A DNA stretch of 64,000 bases, taken from contig NC_092673.1 in assembly GCF_964355755.1 (NCBI RefSeq), positions 18,411,648-18,475,647 on the forward strand. Direction: 5' to 3'. A program made the position numbers and the translations under genes. The notes below the pieces were generated by a model that searched no databases, was not told the origin of the DNA, and was given only the letters and a program-made list of their open reading frames with translations. Within the stretch, counting starts at the first letter, position 1. Each line of letters begins with the position of its first letter. Shown here in pieces: positions 27,901 to 36,259 of the stretch. The DNA comes from Antedon mediterranea (Eukaryota; Animalia; Echinodermata).

Positions 27901-30900
27901 TAATTTCGTTTCTTATTTCAATGTTTTGCCGGAACCTAGCAGCTCTATTTTTCACAATTTCCTTATCTCCACCATCCATGGCGGGCTAGTCCTATAGACT
28001 TATAATTTTGTTTCACTTATCAATAGGGGCCTCTTTCCAGGGACCTGACAGTTTTATTTTTCACAATTTTCTTAGCAGCTCAACCCTAATGGTAGGGCTG
28101 GTCCATACTTATATATTTTGTTTCTTTTTTCGAAATACTATAATCCAATTTCCAGATTCCTAACAACTCTATTTTTCTAAATGTTCTTAGCTCCATCCCA
28201 ACCAAATCAAAATTGTTTAACCGATCAGCCCATGGGTGTTAGTTTCGCGCATTTACATTTTTCGCACCCCCAGACAGTCTCTGTCTCTGCGATTAACGAT
28301 ATACTTCTTGGCCCGTGGGTAGGTTTTGCGTTCGCGTATATTTTCTATTTAATAGGCATATTGAACTTCATTTTTAAAATTGAAAGAATGTATTTACACA
28401 GTCATCGCAACGGACTTCATGCAATGTGTTTTTCACACAGTATTTTATTTATGTACCATAAAAAATGGAACAAGTTGGATACCCTAAATCTTATTAAAAC
28501 GGCCTCAAATTACGCTATAACGCGTTGCTCCCGGGGGGCGGCCATTTTAATGTAACTATTCATATCTTGCTTTATTTTAAAATTTTACATAATTTAATTT
28601 AATTTAAATGAAAAATTGATTTAATTTCCATCATTGTTTATATACTATACAAGTTGATAATGTATTGATTATTTTATTAGGTGATCATTTTTAGGTGATC
28701 ATAGAATAAAATGATCACCTATTGTTATTGTACAAAATCTTTTATTTATTAAACTGATTATGTATAGGCAATGGTGGAAAGAAAGAGAATGAGATTACAT
28801 CATCAGGTCAACAATGTGAACCATCGTCAAGTCAACAATGTGAACCATCGTCAAGGCAACAACAGAAACCATCATCAAGTCAGCAACGGAGATCATCATC
28901 ATTTCAACAACGGACAATATTGTTCAGTCAAGAACAGAGACTATCATCAAGGAGTCAGCAATGTGAACGAAGTGAAGGTAAGTTACTCATAACATTTTAT
29001 AGAATGGGTAGGGAGAAAAACATAAGAAAGGGTAAAATGAAAGATTATAATAGGATTATTGTGATGATGATCGAAGATGATAATGACAAGGAAGTGATGG
29101 ATAATATGATAGATAGTATTTATTGTCATTTTAACAACATTAAAATATAATTAGGCATATGAAAACAATAACAAAATATATATCAGAAGAATGAGCAATC
29201 TGCGATTTTTGCTTTGGTAATTTGTATCACTAACAGCATGCCTGGATGCATGGATGTATACAGAAAGAAAACTTGATTTAAATAGATCATGTCACATTAA
29301 ATAGAATTATGATAATATAATTACTTTAAAATACATATTATTAATAGGCTACAATGTTAAATTTAATTAATATTTATATTTTCTACAAGAAACAACACCT
29401 AACTGTTCATGAACACGCGCCAACAACAACATGCCCGGTTGTTGATGCGAACTGTCTATTCGACAGTTTTTTACTAAATAAATTGCATAAAATGAACAAT
29501 TAAATATCCAAATAGCATGATATTGCCATGTAGTTTTATAACTTTTTTTACCATAAAACCTCTTCTGGTTGTCCGGGCTTACTGTAGATTAGTATGCAAA
29601 AGTCCCAACGTAAACGGCGCCCTACCGCATAGAAAACATTACTGTTGCAGGGAAAACTGTGGATTGCTCATTCTTCTGATATATATTCTTTGATACAATA
29701 CATAAGCGTCGTAACCAGTGATAGTCTAAGGAGATCTTACAAACTTGCTGTTAAATACATGAATTGAATTATAAACAAATGATTGTCGGCAGCTTGTCAT
29801 AAACACAAAAATATGTTGAGGAAGAATAAATTAATAGTGGGTTGTATTTGGACAACTGATTATAGATATAGACAATTTATACTGTAATCTTTGTTTAATC
29901 TGTCAATTTAATAATACATTATTATTTCTATGATTATTATAAATATACTACTGAATTTATTACATAATATACAAATAATGAATGTTTATGAGTGTAATGG
30001 TACAAATAATGGCACGAGGTGAATGATGAAAGGTTATATTTCAACGAGGCGATGAGCCGAGTTGAAATATAACCTTTCATCATTCACCAAGTGCCATTAT
30101 TTGTACCATTACACGAATACAAAACATTCATTATTTGTTTTATATAACATCTAAATAAATTCTAGTTATTTGAATCAAATAAAAGGTAGCCCTAGCCAAA
30201 GTTTACTACATTTCATTCACACACATTGATTAAAAACAGTAACATTTTGTTTTAAATAATTTTATATTAAATGTTATATTTATATGGATTTCGTAAACAC
30301 ACCTACTTTTGTGTTAATTATGTCAACAAACGACCAAACAATCCTAGGCCTAGCAAGGCTAAAACGCCTAGGCTAGGCCTAGCCTAATACTAGCATGGCC
30401 TAGGCTAGACCTAGTAGCCTAGTACTAGCTTGGCTGAAAGGCAAAACTTCGACAGACAATTGGAACTTATCTAAGCTAATTATGGTTTTTCCAACAATTC
30501 CACGTCCTGTAGGGATGTCCCCATTAATTAATCAAAATCCTAAAAACGATCTAAAGCTAATTTAAATGCCTTTTTGAATGAAATTAGTACATAATGTCCA
30601 AATCGTACACAAATATCTGCTGCTGTTGCATATCTCGCGGTGGTGTTTACAAATGAAACTCAGACCAGACGACAGGTGGCGCTGTTGTATTTCACAGTAC
30701 ATAGCCATATCATAGGATAATTTGTGTACTAGATTTTTTTTCATCCGCGAGACGTTTTTTTTTTCGTACACAAAAATGTTTCAAAAAGTACTATTTAACG
30801 ATCGTTGAATAGTGCGTACTATTGCACGCCATGTGACCCACATTCGTCCAATCAAATGACAGGAATTTATTTAGGTGTTATATAATATTTGATATTTGCT

Positions 30901-32720
30901 TCTCTTCAACTGTGTAGCTCTCTCGAAGGGTGACTTTAAACAGTTGATTGCAGACTTTGCAAAATGGTTTGATGACCATGGACTCCTCAACAGCCTAAAA
31001 GTTCTTTTCTTAGAATGGTTAGGTGTTGAAGTATTGAAAAGGGTTACAAGTACAAGAGAACTATTAGATCATTTAATCAATTCTGATCTATTGAATCAAC
31101 AACATCTTGCTGTCCTGTATGACACAATAAAAGTAACTGGACAATTTGACTTTCAGTCATCTGTCACAAAAAAGCTTTCTTCTTTCAAGAATATCAAAAA
31201 GTGTAAGGTAGTGTCACTACACACAGTCAATCTTTTTGATTGGGGAAAATCCCTCAGTGATCAGGATATAAAGGATCTTGACATACAATACAACTACCCT
31301 TTCCTTAAGAAGTATGCAGACGGTTGGAGTTTGACTTTGGATTTTGAAGCTCGAGGGTTGTTGGAAAGACAGAATCAAATCAGTTAAGAAAATAGACTTT
31401 TAGCTTTAACTTGCGATGTAATATGCTTGAACTCTTGGTTTAATTACCCACCATATTGTACAGTAGATAGCATCTGATGATCTTGTAGGTATGGAAGGCA
31501 ACAATCCACTGGCAAAAACCACTTTACAAATGTCTTCATGGCCTCTTTGAGATAGCCCTGTTAAATTGAATTTTGAATAATTTCAACTATATTATTACAG
31601 AACCCCTATTAAGGGGACACCTTTGCGACCCAAACAGTTGTTCCCTTAATAGGGGTTTTTGGGGAGAAGAATTGACAATTTAGCAGCCCACTTTTCACCA
31701 ATGAAAACTGTCCAGCCAGAGAAAGTATCATAATTTTTATCATAATCATTATGATATCCATTTTTTGATATACAGTAAATGAATAAGTTTGGTATTTTTT
31801 TTGTAATGGGGAAGAAAATTGTTGTTCCCTTAATAGTAATAAAAAAAACATTTTGCACTATCAAACATGTCCCTGTCCGCTTAGTATTTCATGAGAAAGT
31901 GTCCCCTAAACATATAATATTTCCCCTTGTTTCATGAGAAAGTGTCCTCTAAACATATAATATTTCTCCTTGTTTCATGAGAAAGTGTCCTCTAAACATA
32001 TAATATTTCCCCTTGTTTCATGAGAAAGTGTCCCCTTAATATGGCTGTGTCCCCTTAATAGGGGTGTGTTCCAAAGGAGGGGTTCTACTGTATAAAGATT
32101 TTATGTTATAATATTTCAGTGTAATAAACGGTACATGCTTCAATAGTATGCATAATAATAACATGTTTTTTTGTTTTTTTAAAATTAAAGTACTATCCAA
32201 GAGTAACTATCGAAAACTACTTGTGGAAGTGTCATCATGGTGGAAAGAACATAAGAAGATCAATTTACTGAAATTCATCCTTTTAATGTTCGAACAAGTT
32301 ACTCTAACCGACATAGAGAGAGAAGATGATCCAGTCAAACTCTTTGAGTTACTTGGAGCTCCTGGAATAATTAGCCCGTCAAATGTGGATGTTCTACTTG
32401 AAGCTGTTGTAATCGGAGGAATGGGGGGTGTGGACGAGGAAAAGATCAAGCAATTGATACCAAGCTTTCCTGGATTCAGTCAAATAAAAATTCCTGACTT
32501 CTGGGATAAGTGTCAAAAGTTGATCGGATTTGGACGTAAGATAGGTATTGATGAGCAAACCAACATTGGACATGTGTGTGGAGTGAAAAGTAAACCTAAT
32601 GATGTTTGGGCTTTGATGTTTGAACTTGAAAGGCAACGACTTTTCACTGAAGAAAGGACAAAATTCATTCAACTGCTAAAAGACATTGACCTGGATAGAC
32701 ATGCAGCATTATTAGAATAG
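799..32720 (+). CDS. Gene A (multi-exon, probably 5'-incomplete): ankyrin-repeat array - ZU5 - UPA - low-complexity linkers - tandem DED
   Basis: Phase-consistent GT-AG exon chain: ANK exons (phase 0-0) 2927-3031, 5020-5124, 5347-5451, 5671-5781, 6002-6109, 6330-6437, 6659-6763, 6984-7088; capping ANK 7840-7924 (0-1); 12473-12529 (1-1); ZU5 21825-22354 (1-0); 23768-23902 (0-0); 24330-24471 (0-1); 25838-25867, 26387-26665 and 28768-28977 (all 1-1); terminal DED exon 30918-31387 or 32191-32720 (both phase 1). No in-frame stops seen in the internal exons. Confidence 0.75.
1131..2451 (-). mobile_element. Non-autonomous Helitron
   Basis: On the minus strand it begins TC(TATATA) and ends CTAG, sits between A and T, and has a terminal hairpin CTAGATGGTACGC/GCGTACCATCTAG (1131-1167). 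A second copy lies at 3140-4907. Confidence 0.8.
2725..2796 (+). pseudogene. Truncated ankyrin exon (DGNTPLHSYLRIEYTQPTLEIVTC)
   Basis: Intact acceptor TTTCCAG. A deletion joins mid-exon ACGTGT to intron sequence AATGATAATTATG. Confidence 0.7.
2927..3031 (+). CDS. Ankyrin-repeat exon YGNTPLHYYLRHEDPTLEIVTRLIQHGAPVALQNK
   Basis: Bounded by ag and gt, 105 nt, phase 0-0, matches the ANK consensus. Confidence 0.8.
3140..4907 (-). mobile_element. Non-autonomous Helitron with an internal ~234-bp triplication, inserted in an array intron
   Basis: TC...CTAG termini on the minus strand and a terminal hairpin. The empty site TTATGATTA/TTTACCAC is visible in neighbouring array units, showing an A^T insertion without a TSD. 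Internal repeats start at ~3531, 3765 and 3999. Confidence 0.9.
5020..5124 (+). CDS. Ankyrin-repeat exon YGDTPLHSYLKHEDPTLEIVTCLIQHGAPVALQNK
   Basis: ag/gt, 105 nt, phase 0-0. Confidence 0.8.
5347..5451 (+). CDS. Ankyrin-repeat exon YGDTPLHYYLRHEDPTLEIVTCLIQHGAPVALQNK
   Basis: ag/gt, 105 nt, phase 0-0. Confidence 0.8.
5671..5781 (+). CDS. Ankyrin-repeat exon DGDTPLHSYLWSGYTAPTLEIVTCLIQHEAPVALQNK
   Basis: ag/gt, 111 nt, phase 0-0. Confidence 0.8.
6002..6109 (+). CDS. Ankyrin-repeat exon DGDTLLHSYLWSVRTPTLEIVTCFIQHGAPVALQNK
   Basis: ag/gt, 108 nt, phase 0-0. Confidence 0.8.
6330..6437 (+). CDS. Ankyrin-repeat exon DGDTLLHSYLWSVRTPTLEIVTCLIQHGTPVALQNK
   Basis: ag/gt, 108 nt, phase 0-0. Confidence 0.8.
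6659..6763 (+). CDS. Ankyrin-repeat exon YGNTPLHYYLRHEDPTLEIVTCLIQHGAPLALQNK
   Basis: ag/gt, 105 nt, phase 0-0. Confidence 0.8.
6984..7088 (+). CDS. Ankyrin-repeat exon NGDTPLHSYLRHEDPTLEIVTCLIQHGVPVALQNK
   Basis: ag/gt, 105 nt, phase 0-0. Confidence 0.8.
7254..7290 (+). pseudogene. Truncated ankyrin exon (DGDTPLHIYLRS)
   Basis: Intact acceptor; homology to the array unit stops after ~37 nt. Confidence 0.65.
7840..7924 (+). CDS. C-terminal capping ankyrin exon DGNTPVSVLESNRRIGDQRKTEILNFFK
   Basis: tag/GATGGAAATACACCT ... AAAA/gtaagt; GNTP motif; phase 0-1. Confidence 0.75.
8645..8730 (-). mobile_element. Short interspersed repeat end, Helentron/HINE-like; related copies at ~33917-34015 and ~42818-42895
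   Basis: TTTAGTC(A/G)CGTGCAACGC(C/G)ACTCT...CTCACTATGT followed by (GGTC/GGTT)n in three places. Confidence 0.5.
9100..9150 (-). ncRNA. Minimal type-I hammerhead-ribozyme-like motif (Penelope-associated type)
   Basis: Minus strand reads TCTC-CTGAGGA-C-GATCAA-CGAATA-TTGATT-GAAAC-GTC-GAGA: CUGANGA core, stem II, GAAA, GUC cleavage triplet and a short stem I. Confidence 0.5.
9932..11785. mobile_element. Two tandem copies (~9932-10605 and ~10610-11785) of a palindrome-bearing interspersed repeat; third copy at ~55330-56895
   Basis: Shared ACAGATATTGCCTGCTTAGAGG start, internal hairpin TATAAGATTTGACATCCCC...GGGGTTGTCAAATCTTATA, and CAACCAATCA...GTATTTACATA end. Confidence 0.75.
12473..12529 (+). 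CDS. Gene A linker exon (LTSPVSDQFEKLKVEKQN)
   Basis: tttttcag acceptor and G/gtgagt donor; 57 nt, phase 1-1; joins the ANK cap to ZU5 in frame. Confidence 0.65.
13291..20094. repeat. 69-bp minisatellite, about 98 copies (length divided by 69), derived from the LINE RT 'QG' motif
   Basis: Unit ACTGTAAATGGAATATATATGTTGTACAGGAGAGGGGACATAACCCCACCCTGTCTAACTCCATTAGAT; the minus strand translates as PFTVSNGVRQGGVMSPLLYNIYI. Confidence 0.97.
20571..21020. mobile_element. piggyBac-like MITE inserted in the LINE remnant
   Basis: TTAA on both sides; imperfect TIRs CCCTTTAAAGAC / GTCTTCAAATGG. Removing it restores the LINE frame AHIKYASKGLNILLSICFN. Confidence 0.8.
21825..22354 (+). CDS. Gene A ZU5 domain exon, running into UPA
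   Basis: ISPIVKCGPEGTSFKKPILLSFPH and VTLKHFCFYTL match the ZU5 signature of UNC5/PIDD/ankyrin proteins; tcag and AAG/gtaatt boundaries. Confidence 0.85.
23768..24471 (+). CDS. Gene A UPA-like exons 23768-23902 and 24330-24471
   Basis: In frame after ZU5 with canonical splice sites; beta-rich sequence (MKITVALSNQEWKV; ENLWRTGPSKKFLL; ATVLLSQ). The UPA call rests on position and pattern. Confidence 0.65.
24633..25555. mobile_element. PIF/Harbinger-like MITE
   Basis: ~38-bp TIR CGCCCGTATTCTTAAAC(C/T)GGACTTTAGTCGTAGTTCGA at both ends; 3-bp TAA target duplication. Confidence 0.85.
26036..26149 (-). pseudogene. 5S rRNA-derived sequence (pseudogene or head of a 5S-SINE)
   Basis: TACAGCAC..TATTCCTAGATGGTCTCCCATCCAAG..AACCAGG..TGCTTA..GATCAGAC is a diverged reverse complement of eukaryotic 5S rRNA. 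Confidence 0.8.
26387..26665 (+). CDS. Gene A linker exon made of an 18-bp coding minisatellite (GVSSGA)n
   Basis: cag acceptor and CAAG/gtaata donor; 279 nt, phase 1-1, open frame. Confidence 0.65.
28768..28977 (+). CDS. Gene A Ser/Gln-rich linker exon (24-bp repeats, SSSQQCEP)
   Basis: tag acceptor and GAAG/gtaagt donor; 210 nt, phase 1-1, open frame. Confidence 0.7.
29971..30885. mobile_element. Interspersed repeat with a long hairpin (29971-30138); copies at ~60852-61580, partial copies at ~22410-22630 and ~51735-51795
   Basis: Inverted repeat ACAAATAATGAATGTTT...GGTACAAATAATGGCAC...GTGCCATTATTTGTACC...CATTCATTATTTGT, (AGGCCT/AGCCT)-rich middle and CCAATCAAATGACAGG end shared between copies. 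Confidence 0.8.
30918..31387 (+). CDS. Tandem DED-like terminal exon 1 of gene A (second DED looks truncated)
   Basis: tag acceptor, phase 1; FKQLIADFAKWF...LKVLFLEWL...ELLDHLINSDLLNQQHLAVLYDTI follows the DED helix pattern; stop at 31385-31387. Confidence 0.65.
31598..32090. mobile_element. Tc1/mariner-pogo-like MITE with an internal 43-bp tandem repeat
   Basis: TA/CAG(TAG)AACCCC...GGGGTTCTACTG/TA termini; internal TTTCATGAGAAAGTGTCC units at 31887-32036. Confidence 0.65.
32191..32720 (+). CDS. Tandem DED-like terminal exon 2 of gene A
   Basis: aag acceptor, phase 1; YRKLLVEVS...LKFIL...LFELL..PGIISPSNVDVLLE and WALMFELERQRL...LLKDIDLDRHAALLE match DED patterns. Confidence 0.7.
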
Positions 32721-34149
32721 ACATATTGAATAGAAATTGAAAAAAGACTAATACAGTTTAGGAACTTAAGAGGTTTTTCATTGAACTTAGGTGACAATTC
32801 AATGTTAAGACATTATAAACATATATATGTAGACAACTATGTTTATTCCAAGTATGTTTTAACAACAGAAATATGGAAATCATCAGCGATTCATAGTACT
32901 TTGTTATGTTTTTTACAAACATACCTTGCATAAAGCTACTGCTAAAAAATAGAAAATCATTTTTAAAAGGGTTGACAGGGGAAGAAACAAAACAGAAAAT
33001 GTGAACTGAAACAATATATAAACAAGAGCAATCGGATTACATATGTACCTCCGGATAGGACTGACCTCCAAAATTAAAAATGATTGAGCCCGTTTTAAAA
33101 TTTCTATAAATATTTGTAATATGATGTTATATAAAAATTAGATAGTTTTCCTCCTCAATTTATTAGCGTGCCATTTTAGATATCCTGGATCTGTTTGGCT
33201 CACCACCTTTGACCTTTTCCATGAATTGACAGAGCAGCTGCATAGTTTGGGAGTTTGGTTTATTTTATTATCATGGAATAGAACTTCTCTGCTATTTTGT
33301 ATACATTTTCATTACGGTGATTTTATATTATACCATATTTTAACTTCTTTGCTATTTTGTATACATTTTCATTACGGTGATAATATTATACCATATTATA
33401 ACATAAAATGTGAATAAGATTTTTTTGTATAAAGGAAATGTAATAATAAATTTTATATTTTGATTAATTTGATTTATTGTTGGTGTGTAAAACAAAATAA
33501 AGAATTATTTGTGTGTTAAAAAAAATACTATAGAAATCAAATACTGGAATGTTTTTACTCTGAAACATAGTGATATAAAACATAGTGATATAAAACAAAA
33601 CTTTCTCTGATTTTGCATACTTTGGGCAGCTTTATGTAAACAGTCAGTGAATGCTATTTTTTGCTGCGCAGTGGGACATGTAACAGTTTTCAGTTAATAT
33701 TTAATACAGTAGTAAAAAATAAGTTTAAAAATAAAAGCAATACTGGATAGGGCACTTTACGAAATAAAAGACGCTAAAGAAAAATTTTGCTGTGTGAATA
33801 TTAATCGAGGGTGCACCAGAAAGTGACAACGTGCATGAGAGAATACGTCTTGATGCACCGTCGTCTGTCTGTTTCCATTTGTTTGCAGAATTTTTGTGAA
33901 GCCACAGACAACATGTTTAGTCTAGTCGCGTACGTGCAACGCGACTCTGTAGCTCACTATGTTGGTCGGTCGGTCGGTAAACATTAACTTGAATTTGAGC
34001 ACGCGACTGCAGCCATGTTTAGGCCTATAGATATTCCGAGATGCTTTTTGCGGGAAACATTTCTGATCTACCCGCCTTACTATGCCTTTTTGGGTGCTAT
34101 TAGTGACCACACTTTCACAGAACTTACAATAAGAATTTTTCAGTTGTTT

Positions 34150-34398
34150 CAAGATATGTTCGTTTTCCTACTAGCAGCCAACCGCCTGTCATCGATATCT
34201 GGCAACCCCCATGATAAAGCTGAGCATCTCGATGATCAGCCAAGCCGCTTGATTAAAGACTTCGCACCTGTCTGAGTATACCTATCAGTAAAATTGTTAA
34301 CAATTCACTTAATGAACTTCCTAATTTGTGGAAAAAGGCGAATGTACCCAAGGTTAAGATTGTTGCTTCGTTGAATGATCTTCGGCCAATCTCACTGA
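34150..34398 (+). mobile_element. Small CR1/L2-like LINE RT fragment
   Basis: Translates to SRLIKDFAP...NLWKKANVPKVKIVASLNDLRPISL. Confidence 0.65.
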
Positions 34399-36259
34399 GA
34401 TGAAACTATTTTACTATAAAAATCCATAATATCTTTCATGATTTCTTAACAAAATAGATCTCTCATTCACGTAAATTTCTGCCGCCACATATTTTGGATT
34501 GCTTTTAATTTTTTTTAAATGGGCCTATTCAATTATCAAATCAAGTAGTATATTAACCGGTGAAGAAGTACAGCCTATAACCAATCAACACAACAAATCG
34601 TAACATAATAATAATAAGCCACAGAAAAAGAAGCCAAGGCAAATTTCATATTTCAATGAATAGATTGTATCATAGGCTATAACAATAGTAATAGGTTACA
34701 AATACAAATTGTTACGGTGTAAGCATGGAGTAAAGAATATCTAGCTTGTCTTGAAAAATTAGTGAAACAGTGTGGTGATGTGAGATTCCGTTTTTCGAAC
34801 TTTTTTTCTGTTGTTGGTCAATTTATTCAGTTTTCTATTTTCATTTTCACACTTGCATAGAGACTACTTGTATTTTGCGCTATATAAATTTAAAACCATT
34901 ATATTGAATAAACAGTAGCCAAAACATGGTATTTTGGTAAATCTAATCCAGCAGAAGTACTGAATTATGTTTTTTTCAGCCTTTTATAGTAATTTTACCG
35001 ACTTTTAAACAATTTTGACTTAAAATCATGTCATACGAGCACTTCGAATTGGACAATTCGCGTCGTTTTTATGAAAAAGTACAAAAATGCGTCAAAATTA
35101 TGCCTTTTTTTTAACAGTCATAGTTTCTAAACTACATGGTGCAGTTTATTTTTATTACATATTCTGGAAGTAGATGCGTTGTGACGTCATCGTATGGCCA
35201 CTTGAATATAAAATATAGGATTTTTGTCATAGCTCATCACATTTAATAGAGCGCATCTCCACTTATCCGTATTCCATTTCCCCCCATTTTTTTATATTGT
35301 CTAGGTCAATCAATTATCTTTCGCATGATTTACCATTTTTTAAATTGTGATGACGTCATCTTGTTCACAAAAAAATTGTAAAAATTGGATGAAAAGGCGG
35401 GTCCCGTTATTTTCACATATTCTGCACTGTATGTAGTACGTATAAAATATATAGTGACGTATACTGTATATACTTAGACGTGACACACAATAGAGAGCAC
35501 ACTAACATTTTTTCAATGGCTTAATTGTTTTTCTTTGGGCAATAATTATTCTAACGTATGATGTGCACATGGTGTTTGCGCGGCGGATAACCTAACTCGT
35601 CTATTTTTAGTGCTGCAACTGCAATATTTTAAAATAAACCTTGAATATAAATAATAATAATTAACTACAAGAAAGGCTGGTTTTTATTTTTTAAAATTAT
35701 TTTATTATTTATTATTTTACTGTGTTTGTTTTCAATTTCTGTAAATAAATAATAAATAAATTATATTAAATTAAATAAAGACACCTTGATTATATATCTT
35801 TTCAAGAGGATTTTATGGAAACAAACATACTTTTTTTTTTTCCTTTTTTTCTTGTTTACATTCTACATTATTTTTTAAAAATTGTATAAAATATGTTTGC
35901 TGGCGATTTGATGTTGGAAAAAAGCCACTGCAATCCATTTATCCATCCAACATTGTCATATTGTAGTAACACGGTATGTACGTATAAGGTAATCCGGAGT
36001 TTTCACCACTTATTTTTACCAACTAGACAATCAAGCTGTAACAATGTTATGAACACCTTTGTATTTCCTTTTTACTTTAATTGAAGACGGTTTAATCTAT
36101 CACTAGGCCTATATTTATAATTGACTGAATTACAATTATACTTTTGATGGTGATCCTTGAAATGCTTATCTCTGAACACTGTGTACCTACCTATTCATTA
36201 CTTAATCCACATAAGTTGTAATAAGTGTTATTTGTTTTTGTGTTTGTGTTTGTTGCACA

